Below are positions 35,389-44,092 of a DNA stretch of 61,943 nucleotides, piece by piece. Made by a program: the position numbers and the translations under genes. The notes under the pieces were generated by a model, which made no database searches, had not been told where the DNA came from, and worked only from the letters and a program-made list of their open reading frames with translations. Position 1 is the stretch's first letter. Every line of letters begins with the position of its first letter. Source of the DNA: Myxococcota bacterium. GTDB taxonomy: Bacteria; Myxococcota; UBA727; JAHDBA01. The DNA lies in contig JAHDGS010000004.1 in NCBI GenBank assembly GCA_020627505.1, positions 1 through 61,943 on the forward strand, given 5' to 3'.

Positions 35389-38300
35389 CTAAGGACGTCG
35401 TCTTCGACGCATCCACGCAAGTGGTATTAGCCCAAGTACAAAGCTGAATGTATTTGATTGGTTACAGTCGGCACAGCCTCCTCCGATGACAAGATAGTTC
35501 TTACCTGCATCACAAACATCTGCGCTGCTATCTGGATCACATGGATCAAGCGGATTGCTTTCACCTGCGTCAAGGACGCCATTCAAATTTGGATCTTCGA
35601 CATTATCATCAAGGCCATCACCATCAGAATCTCTATTCCGTGGGTTTGTACCGCGTTCACGCTCAACACCATTCGAAATACCATCGCCATCACAGTCCGC
35701 ATCATCATCTTCGACGCTACATCCTTCAGGTGGTGGTTCGACTGGATCTTCACACCCTTCAGCATTCGTAAATGGGTCACATGGATCAAGTGGATCAGAT
35801 TCTCCGGCATTCTCGCCAACACCGCTATCAATGACGCCGTTATTATTTAAGTCTTCACCTGACTCACAAACACCATTAACAGTTCCTGACCCATCACAAA
35901 GACCATCGCCATCCGTGTCTGGATTCGTCGGATCTGTTTCGTCCTCGTCGATCACATTATCTCCGTCACGATTCTCGAGCCCGTCAGGCAAACCATCGCC
36001 ATCGCTATCTGGAACAAGTGGATGGGTGCCAATCTCTGCTTCAATGCCATTTGATAAGCCATCACTATCACAGTCTTCTGATAATCTGGATACGTCACAG
36101 ACTTGTGTACATTCTGGGAAGGTACTGATTGGATCACAACGGTCACGTGGGTCACTTTCTAATGGATCGACAACACCATCTCGATCAAGATCTTCACCGC
36201 GTTCACACAGATTTGCAACAAATCGGTCTCCATCACACAGACCATCTCCATCAGTATCTGCGTTCAATGCATCTGTCTCTGTTGCATCAGCCTGGCCATT
36301 TTTGTTGGTATCTTCAATGCCGTCTAAAATACCGTCATTGTCGGTATCAGGATCCGCAGGTTCTGTTCCATAGATTGCTTCCAGTCCATTATTGAGACCA
36401 TCATTATCACAGTCAGCAGTTGCATTATTCAGATCACATATAACCGAACAGTCTTGTGCAGTTGAGACAGGATCGCACGGGTCAAGTGGATCAGATTCTC
36501 CAACATCAACTTGACCGTTCGCATTCTGATCTTCACCGGCATCACACTCAAAATCTACAAAGAGCGGTCCATCGCAAAAACCATCTCCATCAGTATCTGG
36601 TTCTGTGGGGTCTGTTTCATCATCGCCAATCACACCATCGCGATTTGCATCTTCCACTCCGTCTAAAATTCCATCATCATCAGAGTCAGGATCGAGGGGA
36701 TCGGTGTTCAGACTATCTTCGGTACCATTATCGAGGCCATCTCCATCACAGTCCGCACTGTTATTATTGACGTCGCACGTTGACGTGCATGAAGCACCTG
36801 TCGCGATCGGATCACATGGATCGAGGGGATCGGATTCACCAGCCTCAATGACGCCGTCATCATCTAAGTCTTCGCCACCAAAACACACACCGGAGGCAGG
36901 TGCAGCACTACCATCACATAGACCATCACCGTCTGTATCAGGATTTAATGGGTCTGTTTCATCAGTTGATGTCACACCATCACGATTATGGTCTTCAACA
37001 CCATCTAACAAACCATCATCATCTGTGTCTGGATCTTCAGGGTCGGTCCCGAGCATATTTTCAGCCCCGTTTGAGAGTCCATCCAAATCACAATCGGCCA
37101 TCATATCCGCTAGTGAACATGCGGCAGAACACATTGGGTCACTGTCGTCAGGGTCACATGGATTGAGGGGATCGGATTCACCAACTTCAACGACACCATT
37201 ATTATTGGTATCTTCTCCAGACTGACAAATACCAGCCACAGCCAAACTGCCATCACAGTAGCCATCATCATCAGTATCTGGATTGAGTGGGTCCGTCTCA
37301 CCTGGTGTGACCGTTGCATCTCCATCTGTTTCGACACCATCTTGTAGGCCATCATCATCTGAGTCCGGGTCTTGTGGATCTGTACCAAGTGATGCTTCGT
37401 CACCATTATTCAAACCATCATTATCACAATCGAGTGTATTATTGCTGAGGTCACATCCCGCACATGATGAACCATCACCACCGCAGATACCGCATTCATC
37501 AAGGACGGCGTCACCGCCACATATTCCTGCGCAATCAATAACCGCTGTGCCTCCGCAAACATCGGCGCAATCAAGTCTTGCCGATCCACCACAGACACCA
37601 TTGCAGTCTAGTGATGTATTTCCGCCACAGACACCAGCACAATCAAAAATAGCTATCCCTTGACATACGCCTTCGCAGTCAGGTTGAGCTGTGCCACCAC
37701 AAATTCCGGCGCAGTCGAAAGTAGAACGACTTGGATCAGTTGGCGCACAATCATCCCCATTCTGTACACCGTCTTCATCACAGTCGCGTACAGGATTTGA
37801 CACCAAACATTCGCATGTTGTGCCATCACCTTCACAAACACCACATTCATCAATCACAGCCGTGCCATTGCAAACGCCTGCACAATCACGTTGTGCTCCA
37901 CCATTACAAACACCCAAACAATCACGCATCGCAGTGCCTTGACATACGCCATTACAATCTTGCGCTGCATTGCCACCACAAACACCTAAACAATCGAGTG
38001 TCGCACGTGTCGGATCTGACGGCGCGCAATCATCCCCGTTTGGGGTATCATCACCATCACAATCAGCTGTATCGTCTGAAAGTTGACAGCCGCATGTTGA
38101 ACCATCTCCATTACAAACACCACATTCATCAAACTCAGCTGTACCGTTACACTCACCTACGCAATCAACCGTCGCTGATCCATTGCACACACCTAAACAG
38201 TCCGGCATCGCCGTACCGCCACAAATGCCACGACAATCACGTTCGGCACTTCCGCCGCATACACCAAAACAATCTTCACGTGCGGTTCCATTGCACACAC

Positions 38301-39519
38301 CTGCACAGTCTCGACGTGCAGGTCCTTCACAGACACCTGCGCAATCAAATTGCGCCGCACCGCCACAAACGCCTAAGCAATCTTCGAACGCGCGGGTCGG
38401 GTCTTCGGGTGCACAATCTTCTCCATTGTCGACACCATCGTTGTCGCAGTCCGCATCATCATCTGTGAGCTGGCAACCACAGCTTGTCCCATCGCCACCA
38501 CAGACGCCGCACACATCACGATCCCAACGGGTCGGATCTTCAGGTGCACAATCTTCAAGATTGATAACATCGTCGTTATCACAATCAGCCAACGGATTGG
38601 ATAAATCACATCCCACCGGTGGAAGCTCGCAACCAGGTGGCAAAAATGCACTAATAAATGTGAAGCTCACGCCATCAGCACCATCTAAACCACACCGATT
38701 ACCATCACCACCCGCAACCTCTGTCGAACAAAATGTATGACCTGAAGATTGGCCAAATGCCTGTTTGATAACGCCGCCGCCGCCGCCGCCGCCGCCATCA
38801 TCATGTGTCGCACCTACGCCGCCATTTGCGCTCAGTGTACCGGTACATGAAAATGACAAGTCGCCATAAATATAAATACCACCGCCAGCACCGCCGCCAC
38901 CAGCATCGCCACTTCCTGTTTGCGGCACATTATTCGCATCACCACCACCACTAACGATTTTTCCTTGAATATCGATATGACGCGCAGCCAAAATGACAGC
39001 ACCACCACCATCACCACCGAGGTCACTTCCAAGAGGGTGTGTTGGTCCACAACAATCGCCTGAGCCCCCTGAAGATCCCATACTTGCAGGCACATTATCG
39101 GCAGCATTATTATATGTGTCTAATGGTGCTATCGTTGCACCACACATACTGAAATCTTCTGCGTGACCTTCTCCACCGAGCCCACCATGTGAACCACCAC
39201 TGGCACCATTATTTGACGTTTGGCCTGCACCAGGCCCTTGCCCATCTTGACGTTGGACCGCTTCAAAACCTGCCTCTGATGCGTCAATCGTACTACTTGC
39301 ATCAACAAAAATTGTATCTGCCTCGATTTTCAACGTTCCGAAATTACTGCCATCATGATCACGAACAATAATTTTGGCACCATTTGTTAAGCTGACATTA
39401 TCGTATGTATGATGACCAAATAGTGTTGTCGTTTGACCATTTAAAATCAGATCGGCAGCGTATACGCTCTGCCCACTGACAAATAGTGCCATCAGGCACA
39501 GACTTATGACTTTTCTCAT
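35389..39519 (-). CDS. giant secreted cysteine-rich repeat protein with a MYXO-CTERM-like sorting tail
   Basis: AGGAG RBS favours the ATG at 39519 (the track start is 39525). Signal peptide ..SGQSVYA. Gly-rich beta-helix-like region with GGA(V/I) motifs. Four arrays of a 12-aa two-Cys repeat. 5.5 thrombospondin-type-3-like modules (DxDxDGxxDxxD). C-terminal GGGCADC + hydrophobic helix + RRRRRP. Confidence 0.9.
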   Translation of the reverse strand: MRKVISLCLMALFVSGQSVYAADLILNGQTTTLFGHHTYDNVSLTNGAKIIVRDHDGSNFGTLKIEADTIFVDASSTIDASEAGFEAVQRQDGQGPGAGQTSNNGASGGSHGGLGGEGHAEDFSMCGATIAPLDTYNNAADNVPASMGSSGGSGDCCGPTHPLGSDLGGDGGGAVILAARHIDIQGKIVSGGGDANNVPQTGSGDAGGGGAGGGIYIYGDLSFSCTGTLSANGGVGATHDDGGGGGGGGVIKQAFGQSSGHTFCSTEVAGGDGNRCGLDGADGVSFTFISAFLPPGCELPPVGCDLSNPLADCDNDDVINLEDCAPEDPTRWDRDVCGVCGGDGTSCGCQLTDDDADCDNDGVDNGEDCAPEDPTRAFEDCLGVCGGAAQFDCAGVCEGPARRDCAGVCNGTAREDCFGVCGGSAERDCRGICGGTAMPDCLGVCNGSATVDCVGECNGTAEFDECGVCNGDGSTCGCQLSDDTADCDGDDTPNGDDCAPSDPTRATLDCLGVCGGNAAQDCNGVCQGTAMRDCLGVCNGGAQRDCAGVCNGTAVIDECGVCEGDGTTCECLVSNPVRDCDEDGVQNGDDCAPTDPSRSTFDCAGICGGTAQPDCEGVCQGIAIFDCAGVCGGNTSLDCNGVCGGSARLDCADVCGGTAVIDCAGICGGDAVLDECGICGGDGSSCAGCDLSNNTLDCDNDGLNNGDEASLGTDPQDPDSDDDGLQDGVETDGDATVTPGETDPLNPDTDDDGYCDGSLAVAGICQSGEDTNNNGVVEVGESDPLNPCDPDDSDPMCSAACSLADMMADCDLDGLSNGAENMLGTDPEDPDTDDDGLLDGVEDHNRDGVTSTDETDPLNPDTDGDGLCDGSAAPASGVCFGGEDLDDDGVIEAGESDPLDPCDPIATGASCTSTCDVNNNSADCDGDGLDNGTEDSLNTDPLDPDSDDDGILDGVEDANRDGVIGDDETDPTEPDTDGDGFCDGPLFVDFECDAGEDQNANGQVDVGESDPLDPCDPVSTAQDCSVICDLNNATADCDNDGLNNGLEAIYGTEPADPDTDNDGILDGIEDTNKNGQADATETDALNADTDGDGLCDGDRFVANLCERGEDLDRDGVVDPLESDPRDRCDPISTFPECTQVCDVSRLSEDCDSDGLSNGIEAEIGTHPLVPDSDGDGLPDGLENRDGDNVIDEDETDPTNPDTDGDGLCDGSGTVNGVCESGEDLNNNGVIDSGVGENAGESDPLDPCDPFTNAEGCEDPVEPPPEGCSVEDDDADCDGDGISNGVERERGTNPRNRDSDGDGLDDNVEDPNLNGVLDAGESNPLDPCDPDSSADVCDAGKNYLVIGGGCADCNQSNTFSFVLGLIPLAWMRRRRRP
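35506..37455 (-). repeat. coding tandem repeats: five ~113-aa TSP3-type modules plus one shortened module
   Basis: Each module follows C-D-(L/V)-x4-DCDxDGLxNG..GTDPxDPD(T/S)DDDG(L/I)xDGxED...ETDPxxPDTDGDGxCDG....C..GED...Gx[12 protein letters not shown].....C. Confidence 0.9.
37456..38610 (-). repeat. coding tandem repeats: 17 copies of D-C-x-G-(V/I)-C-x-G-x-A-x-x in arrays of 7, 4 and 6, plus four D-E-C-G-V-C-x-G-D-G-S/T-x-C caps
   Basis: Read from the translated product, for example DCLGVCGGAAQF DCAGVCEGPARR DCAGVCNGTARE DCFGVCGGSAER DCRGICGGTAMP DCLGVCNGSATV DCVGECNGTAEF DECGVCNGDGSTC. Confidence 0.9.
38773..38796 (-). repeat. perfect (GGC)8 trinucleotide tract encoding Gly8
   Basis: It appears as a GCC repeat on the + strand. 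Coordinates were derived from the residue count (G244..G251 of the track ORF) and may be off by one unit. Confidence 0.75.
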
Positions 39520-39614
39520 TATCATCTCCTCATAATTGTGTACAAATGTATATTAGCAAATACGAGCTTGGGAGGATATGGTCATTCATCCGATTGACAT
39601 GAGGTGTTATTATT

Positions 39615-41198
39615 CTAGGAGGAACATGATAGGGATGCGACACCCGGCATCTCAAAGCTCCATTTAGGTGATTTTTGAGCGTAATAAAGCCACTCTGGCT
39701 GCTCGTCATATGGTTTTTTCAACACATTGATCAATTCATGTAACTCTTCATCATCACCCGACTCGCTTTGCTTAATCACTTCATGGGCCCACGCATTTCG
39801 GAAAATATACTTTGGGTTGATTGCATTTAACTGCATATACCAGTTTGGAATATCTGGTTGTGCCTGCATCATAAGACCATGGTAATTGCAAAACCAGTCA
39901 TACCATTCAGATAGTAGCGCTTGAGATGGCTGTTCATAGGCAGTCTCTCTAATATGATGAACAAAACCAGGGAAAAGTTCAGCTGTGGGCCGCTCAATCT
40001 CGAGCGAAGACAGCCCTCGAAAAAAACACGTAAAATCGGCTTTCGACCGTGCCATTAACGACATCACACCATCAGCAATTGAGAATAACATCTCATGCTG
40101 TGGCGAAATATGTGACAAGCCAAGCTTGTCCGCCATGTGTTTGATCGTCAGGGCATTAAAATGATTTTGATAGAAAGCCAGTCCATCCTTAAGAAGTTGC
40201 ATATTTTCAACAAGTGGAGACAACGCTTCAGCAAGCCGCGTTAAATTCCATAAACCGATCGCCGGTTGGGCCGCGTAACGATAGCGACGATGCTGACGAT
40301 CCGTTGTGTTAGGCGTAAAATCAGGATTCATATCCGATAACCAACCATATGGCCCGTAATCAATGGTCAGACCATGAATCGACATATTATCTGTATTCAT
40401 AACGCCGTGAACAAATCCAAATCGCATCCAATCAGCAATCAGTACAGCGGTCTTTTCGGCGACATCACGAAACCATATGCCGATTGCCTGTTCATCAACG
40501 GGTTGCGTATCTTCGAATAAGTGCTTTGAATGATGGCGAAAGCAAAAACCAAGCAGATTTTTCAGTAAATCCATTCGCCCGCGTCTGGCATGGATTTCGA
40601 AATGCCCGAATCGAATGAAAGATGGTGCGACTCGGCACACAATTGCACCAAGCTCTTTTTCGGGACGTCCATCATAAAACATATCGCGAACAACGTGATC
40701 GCCTGTCCCAAATAATGCCAATGAACGTGATGTCGGCACGCCGAGATGGTGCATCGCTTCAGCACATACGTATTCTCGAATTGAGGAGCGTAAAACAGCA
40801 CGTCCGTCGCCCTGTCTTGAAAAAGGTGTTCGACCAGCTCCTTTCAGTTGAAATGCGTAAGCGCGGTGTTCTTGGTCCAATAACTCTCCAAGCTCAATCG
40901 CACGTCCATCACCAAGTTGTCCTGCCCACTGACCAAACTGATGCCCACCATAATTATGTGCATAAGGATCAATACCCAGGCTCTCTTCGCCGCGACATAT
41001 CTCCAGCAAGATATCGGCATTTTCGAAACCAAACGCTTCCCCAAACGCTTGATTAAAAACAATACCATAACATGCCGGTCGCTTGGTGATTTGTGCACTG
41101 GTATAATGACCATTCACGTCGGCACATGGTTGATGAAGCACCGCTGGCGCTATTTCAAATGCTGTCAGTTCATCTTTGTAACGCGCAAAAAAATCCAT
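39615..41198 (-). CDS. selO: protein adenylyltransferase SelO (YdiU/UPF0061)
   Basis: Conserved blocks GGHQFGQWAGQLGDGRAI, LKGAGRTPFSRQGDGRAVLRSSIREY, MHHLGVPTSRSLAL and HGVMNTDNMSIHGLTIDYGPYGW. The C-terminus ..LSCSS has Cys at the antepenultimate position, where eukaryotic SelO carries selenocysteine. Confidence 0.9.
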   Translation of the reverse strand: MDFFARYKDELTAFEIAPAVLHQPCADVNGHYTSAQITKRPACYGIVFNQAFGEAFGFENADILLEICRGEESLGIDPYAHNYGGHQFGQWAGQLGDGRAIELGELLDQEHRAYAFQLKGAGRTPFSRQGDGRAVLRSSIREYVCAEAMHHLGVPTSRSLALFGTGDHVVRDMFYDGRPEKELGAIVCRVAPSFIRFGHFEIHARRGRMDLLKNLLGFCFRHHSKHLFEDTQPVDEQAIGIWFRDVAEKTAVLIADWMRFGFVHGVMNTDNMSIHGLTIDYGPYGWLSDMNPDFTPNTTDRQHRRYRYAAQPAIGLWNLTRLAEALSPLVENMQLLKDGLAFYQNHFNALTIKHMADKLGLSHISPQHEMLFSIADGVMSLMARSKADFTCFFRGLSSLEIERPTAELFPGFVHHIRETAYEQPSQALLSEWYDWFCNYHGLMMQAQPDIPNWYMQLNAINPKYIFRNAWAHEVIKQSESGDDEELHELINVLKKPYDEQPEWLYYAQKSPKWSFEMPGVASLSCSS

Positions 41199-42904
41199 TA
41201 GTTGAACAAACGCATCACATCATTAAAGAGCGCGAGCGCCATAAGTCCCAAGAGAAAGAAGAAACCAATTTTGGTCGCCTTCATACGCGTTTCGACACTG
41301 AGTTTCTTACGGGTGACCGCTTCGATAAAAAACATGAGTAAATGACCACCATCTAAAACGGGGACTGGAACCAAATTGATCAGCCCTAAAGAAACAGAAA
41401 TCAAGGCCATACGTTCCATGAAAACATCCCAGCCTGCTTTAAGAGATTTATCTGCGAGATCATAAATCATCACAACACCACCCATCGCTTTCGGGCTCTG
41501 TTGGAACGTGAACAGCTTGACGAGGTCCATTGTCATTCGCTTTAATAAATTCCATGTCGCATTACAGCTTTCTCGCAAGGCCTCAATCGCGCCAACTTCG
41601 ATATCAACACTCGGTGCTTCTGCAAAAAATGACATCGCACTGAGTCCACTGATCTTCACTTCTTCGAGCCCCCATTTGGGATGCGGCCCCATCATAAAAG
41701 CGCCTATTCGAATTTCGCGTTCATGTAACCATACAAGAAAGTGCGGCTTGTCCGTCTCAGCCTGCAAACGAAAACGAAGTTCGTTCGCAGCAATTAAGGT
41801 GTGTCCATCAAGTCCTAAAATAATATCACCCTCAACAAGCCCCAACCCTTCTGCGGCGGTCTTTTCAAGTATATTTTGGATACGACCTTCGGCCGGGGCA
41901 AAACCAAGCATTGACGATAGATCTTTTTGTAATGATTGTGCCAATAACTTGGTTTGAACCTGCAGTCGATTGAAGCGACCATCGCGCTCAACACCGGCGA
42001 GACCATACATAACTAAGTCAGAATTGAAACCAACTTCAAAGGGTGACTTCACGAGGTTGACCGTCTTCGCGTTGACATCGGCTTCCTGTTGTCTAGGACC
42101 AATTGGCTTAAAACGGAGCTCAAGTTCGTTGCCCACCTCCATCAAAATCGAAAATTGCTGAATCGCTTTCTGAAAAGCCTCCCAGTTTTGATAACCTTCG
42201 ATCATGGCTATTTCAGGGAGTTGTGCAGCTGATGCGGGTGAATCTTTTATCACCGACACAGCTGATGCCCTAAAACTCGGCATAATCCCCAGTCGTCCAG
42301 CATCGGCGTTTTGCCCAAGTTTTGGATTCGCCAGTACACGCTCCGGTGTCACATTTAGCGCAAGACGCTGACCGTCACGTTCGACCGTCAGCTGAAGTGT
42401 TTGATCGGGTGAAGCTGTTACAATTTCTTGGACATCGATGAATGAACTCACCTTTGTCCCATCGATGTCGACGAGCTTGTCGCCTGCTTTCATCCCCGCA
42501 AGACCGGCAGGATCTTGAGGGAATGCCGTCCGAACGATTGTATCGGGAACCTGATGCGTCCCGAGGAATAGAAAGAAGAAAATGAAGATGGGTAGAATAA
42601 AATTGAAGAATGGACCGGCAAAAGCAATCGCTGATTTTTGCCAGTAACCTTTATGTAAGAATGTGTATTGCTTTTGGTCCTCAGGGATAACTTCTTCTAG
42701 ATTGTCGCCATACATTCGAACATAACCTCCAAGGGGTATCAACGAAATACGGTAGTCTGTATCTCCATGCGTAAAACCAACTAACCGTGGCCCAAAACCA
42801 ATCGAGAAGGTCAGTACGCGCACACCACATGCTTTGGCGACAACAAAATGACCGAGCTCATGAAAAAAAACAAGCCCGCCGAGAAGAAGAATGAAACCAA
42901 TCAT
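41198..42904 (-). CDS. rseP: RIP metalloprotease RseP (site-2 protease, M50)
   Basis: HELGH zinc motif at the N-terminus (FFHELGHFVVAKACG). Internal PDZ-like regions. C-terminal NLVPVPVLDGGH motif. The stop overlaps the selO start by 1 nt. Confidence 0.9.
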   Translation of the reverse strand: MIGFILLLGGLVFFHELGHFVVAKACGVRVLTFSIGFGPRLVGFTHGDTDYRISLIPLGGYVRMYGDNLEEVIPEDQKQYTFLHKGYWQKSAIAFAGPFFNFILPIFIFFFLFLGTHQVPDTIVRTAFPQDPAGLAGMKAGDKLVDIDGTKVSSFIDVQEIVTASPDQTLQLTVERDGQRLALNVTPERVLANPKLGQNADAGRLGIMPSFRASAVSVIKDSPASAAQLPEIAMIEGYQNWEAFQKAIQQFSILMEVGNELELRFKPIGPRQQEADVNAKTVNLVKSPFEVGFNSDLVMYGLAGVERDGRFNRLQVQTKLLAQSLQKDLSSMLGFAPAEGRIQNILEKTAAEGLGLVEGDIILGLDGHTLIAANELRFRLQAETDKPHFLVWLHEREIRIGAFMMGPHPKWGLEEVKISGLSAMSFFAEAPSVDIEVGAIEALRESCNATWNLLKRMTMDLVKLFTFQQSPKAMGGVVMIYDLADKSLKAGWDVFMERMALISVSLGLINLVPVPVLDGGHLLMFFIEAVTRKKLSVETRMKATKIGFFFLLGLMALALFNDVMRLFN

Positions 42905-42989
42905 ATATCTTGGTTATCACCCTCTGGCGAGCTTGAATAGGAGAGAAAAAACCTTTTCCGCATCAAACAGGAAGGTCTGACTCAATTAT

Positions 42990-43547
42990 TTAGTCTTGTA
43001 CGCAATATTTACCCGAACCATTTCCAACTTCTTCGCAGTCCCAGAATGTCGGACAATCAGTAAAACTATCGCAACGAATTGTGCAATACCCAAAATCAGC
43101 ACCATCAGCAAATAGGCAAAGTCCACTTGTACAATCATCTTCATCGCGACAGGAATCATTCACGCCGCCATTTCCGGAAGCCTCATCATTAGATGATTCA
43201 TCTCTCGAATCTCCTGAATTATCTTCACACAAACTATCTTTCGAAGAATCTCTTTCACAACGATCTGCACCATCATTCAAATTACATGAATCAAGCTCTG
43301 CATCAGTCCGACAGTCATAAAAGCGGTCATTTATACAACATAGGCGCTCTGTCGTATCATTTGAATTTGAATCATTGCTTTCTTGACGACCATCATCATC
43401 GTCAGAATCATTTGACGTATCGCTGTCTGAATTAGATGTGTCATCGTCATCTGACTGACTATCGTCACCTCCACAGGCTGTCATCACCAACAACGGTGAA
43501 CTGATTAAAAGGGCAAATGTCATCGTTAAATCAAATATATTTTTCAT
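42990..43547 (-). CDS. highly acidic cysteine-rich lipoprotein
   Basis: GGAG RBS and lipobox LLVMTAC. A ~45-aa Asp/Ser/Asn tract, then 16 Cys, including CRDEDDCTSGLCLFADGADFGYCTIRCDSFTDCPTFWDCEE..KYC. Confidence 0.7.
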   Translation of the reverse strand: MKNIFDLTMTFALLISSPLLVMTACGGDDSQSDDDDTSNSDSDTSNDSDDDDGRQESNDSNSNDTTERLCCINDRFYDCRTDAELDSCNLNDGADRCERDSSKDSLCEDNSGDSRDESSNDEASGNGGVNDSCRDEDDCTSGLCLFADGADFGYCTIRCDSFTDCPTFWDCEEVGNGSGKYCVQD

Positions 43548-43612
43548 AATTAACTCCTTTTGAGTGGTTCAGGAGTTATGTGTTTCAAGATTCAAAAAGG
43601 TTGCAATAGAAT

Positions 43613-43643
43613 AAAAAAAACCGGTCAAAGACCGGTTTTTTTT
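43613..43643. terminator. bidirectional Rho-independent terminator (A8-hairpin-T8)
   Basis: AACCGGTC-AAA-GACCGGTT flanked by A8 and T8. It lies just downstream of the minus-strand gene 43666..44046 and separates it from 42990..43547. Confidence 0.8.
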
Positions 43644-43665
43644 ACGCTTAGAGTACTCTTTGCGC

Positions 43666-44046
43666 TTATTCGCCACCGTCAGTTGAGGCTGCACCACGAC
43701 ATGTTTCACATGCTTGAAGTTCTGCACCACATTCAGAAGCAAGCTGAGCTGAAACATTTTCACATGTTGTATCGTCTGCGTTGACAACATTATTCGTGCA
43801 TTTATTCGCATCACCACATTCTGATTTACAACCAGTATCAATTGACAGATTGACTGAGTCTTCGCAGCTATCTTCAATACGAGCCATTTCCTCATCAGTT
43901 AGCGAATCAACATCAGGGTTTGCAGCTAAACCACAGGTTTGGACGTATTCATTTGTTTCAACACATCGATCGATAGACGCTTGTTTACAACCCGATGAAA
44001 AAGCGACTGCAATCAAACCACATACTAATAATTTTCCTAGTTTCAT
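43666..44046 (-). CDS. cysteine-rich lipoprotein
   Basis: AAGGAG RBS. Lipobox AFSSGC. 14 Cys in 126 aa. Acidic. Confidence 0.7.
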   Translation of the reverse strand: MKLGKLLVCGLIAVAFSSGCKQASIDRCVETNEYVQTCGLAANPDVDSLTDEEMARIEDSCEDSVNLSIDTGCKSECGDANKCTNNVVNADDTTCENVSAQLASECGAELQACETCRGAASTDGGE

Positions 44047-44092
44047 CTTATTTCTCCTTAGAGCAATGAGCTCATTAAAAATCTATTTATCT

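Noticed and set aside
35458-38740. Many long ORFs on the + strand or in alternative frames inside the giant gene (for example 35555..36373, 36605..37225, 37731..38468, 38183..38740).
   Set aside because: They are Ser/Pro/His-rich low-complexity translations produced by the GAT/GAC/GGT/TGC-rich periodic coding strand opposite. They have no starts with RBSs and no motifs. The minus-strand frame has a signal peptide, coherent repeats and a sorting tail.
41508-42161. Antisense ORFs inside rseP, and similar antisense ORFs inside selO, gdhA, gatA and the PBP gene.
   Set aside because: Each lies fully inside a confidently identified conserved gene on the opposite strand or in another frame, with no independent support.
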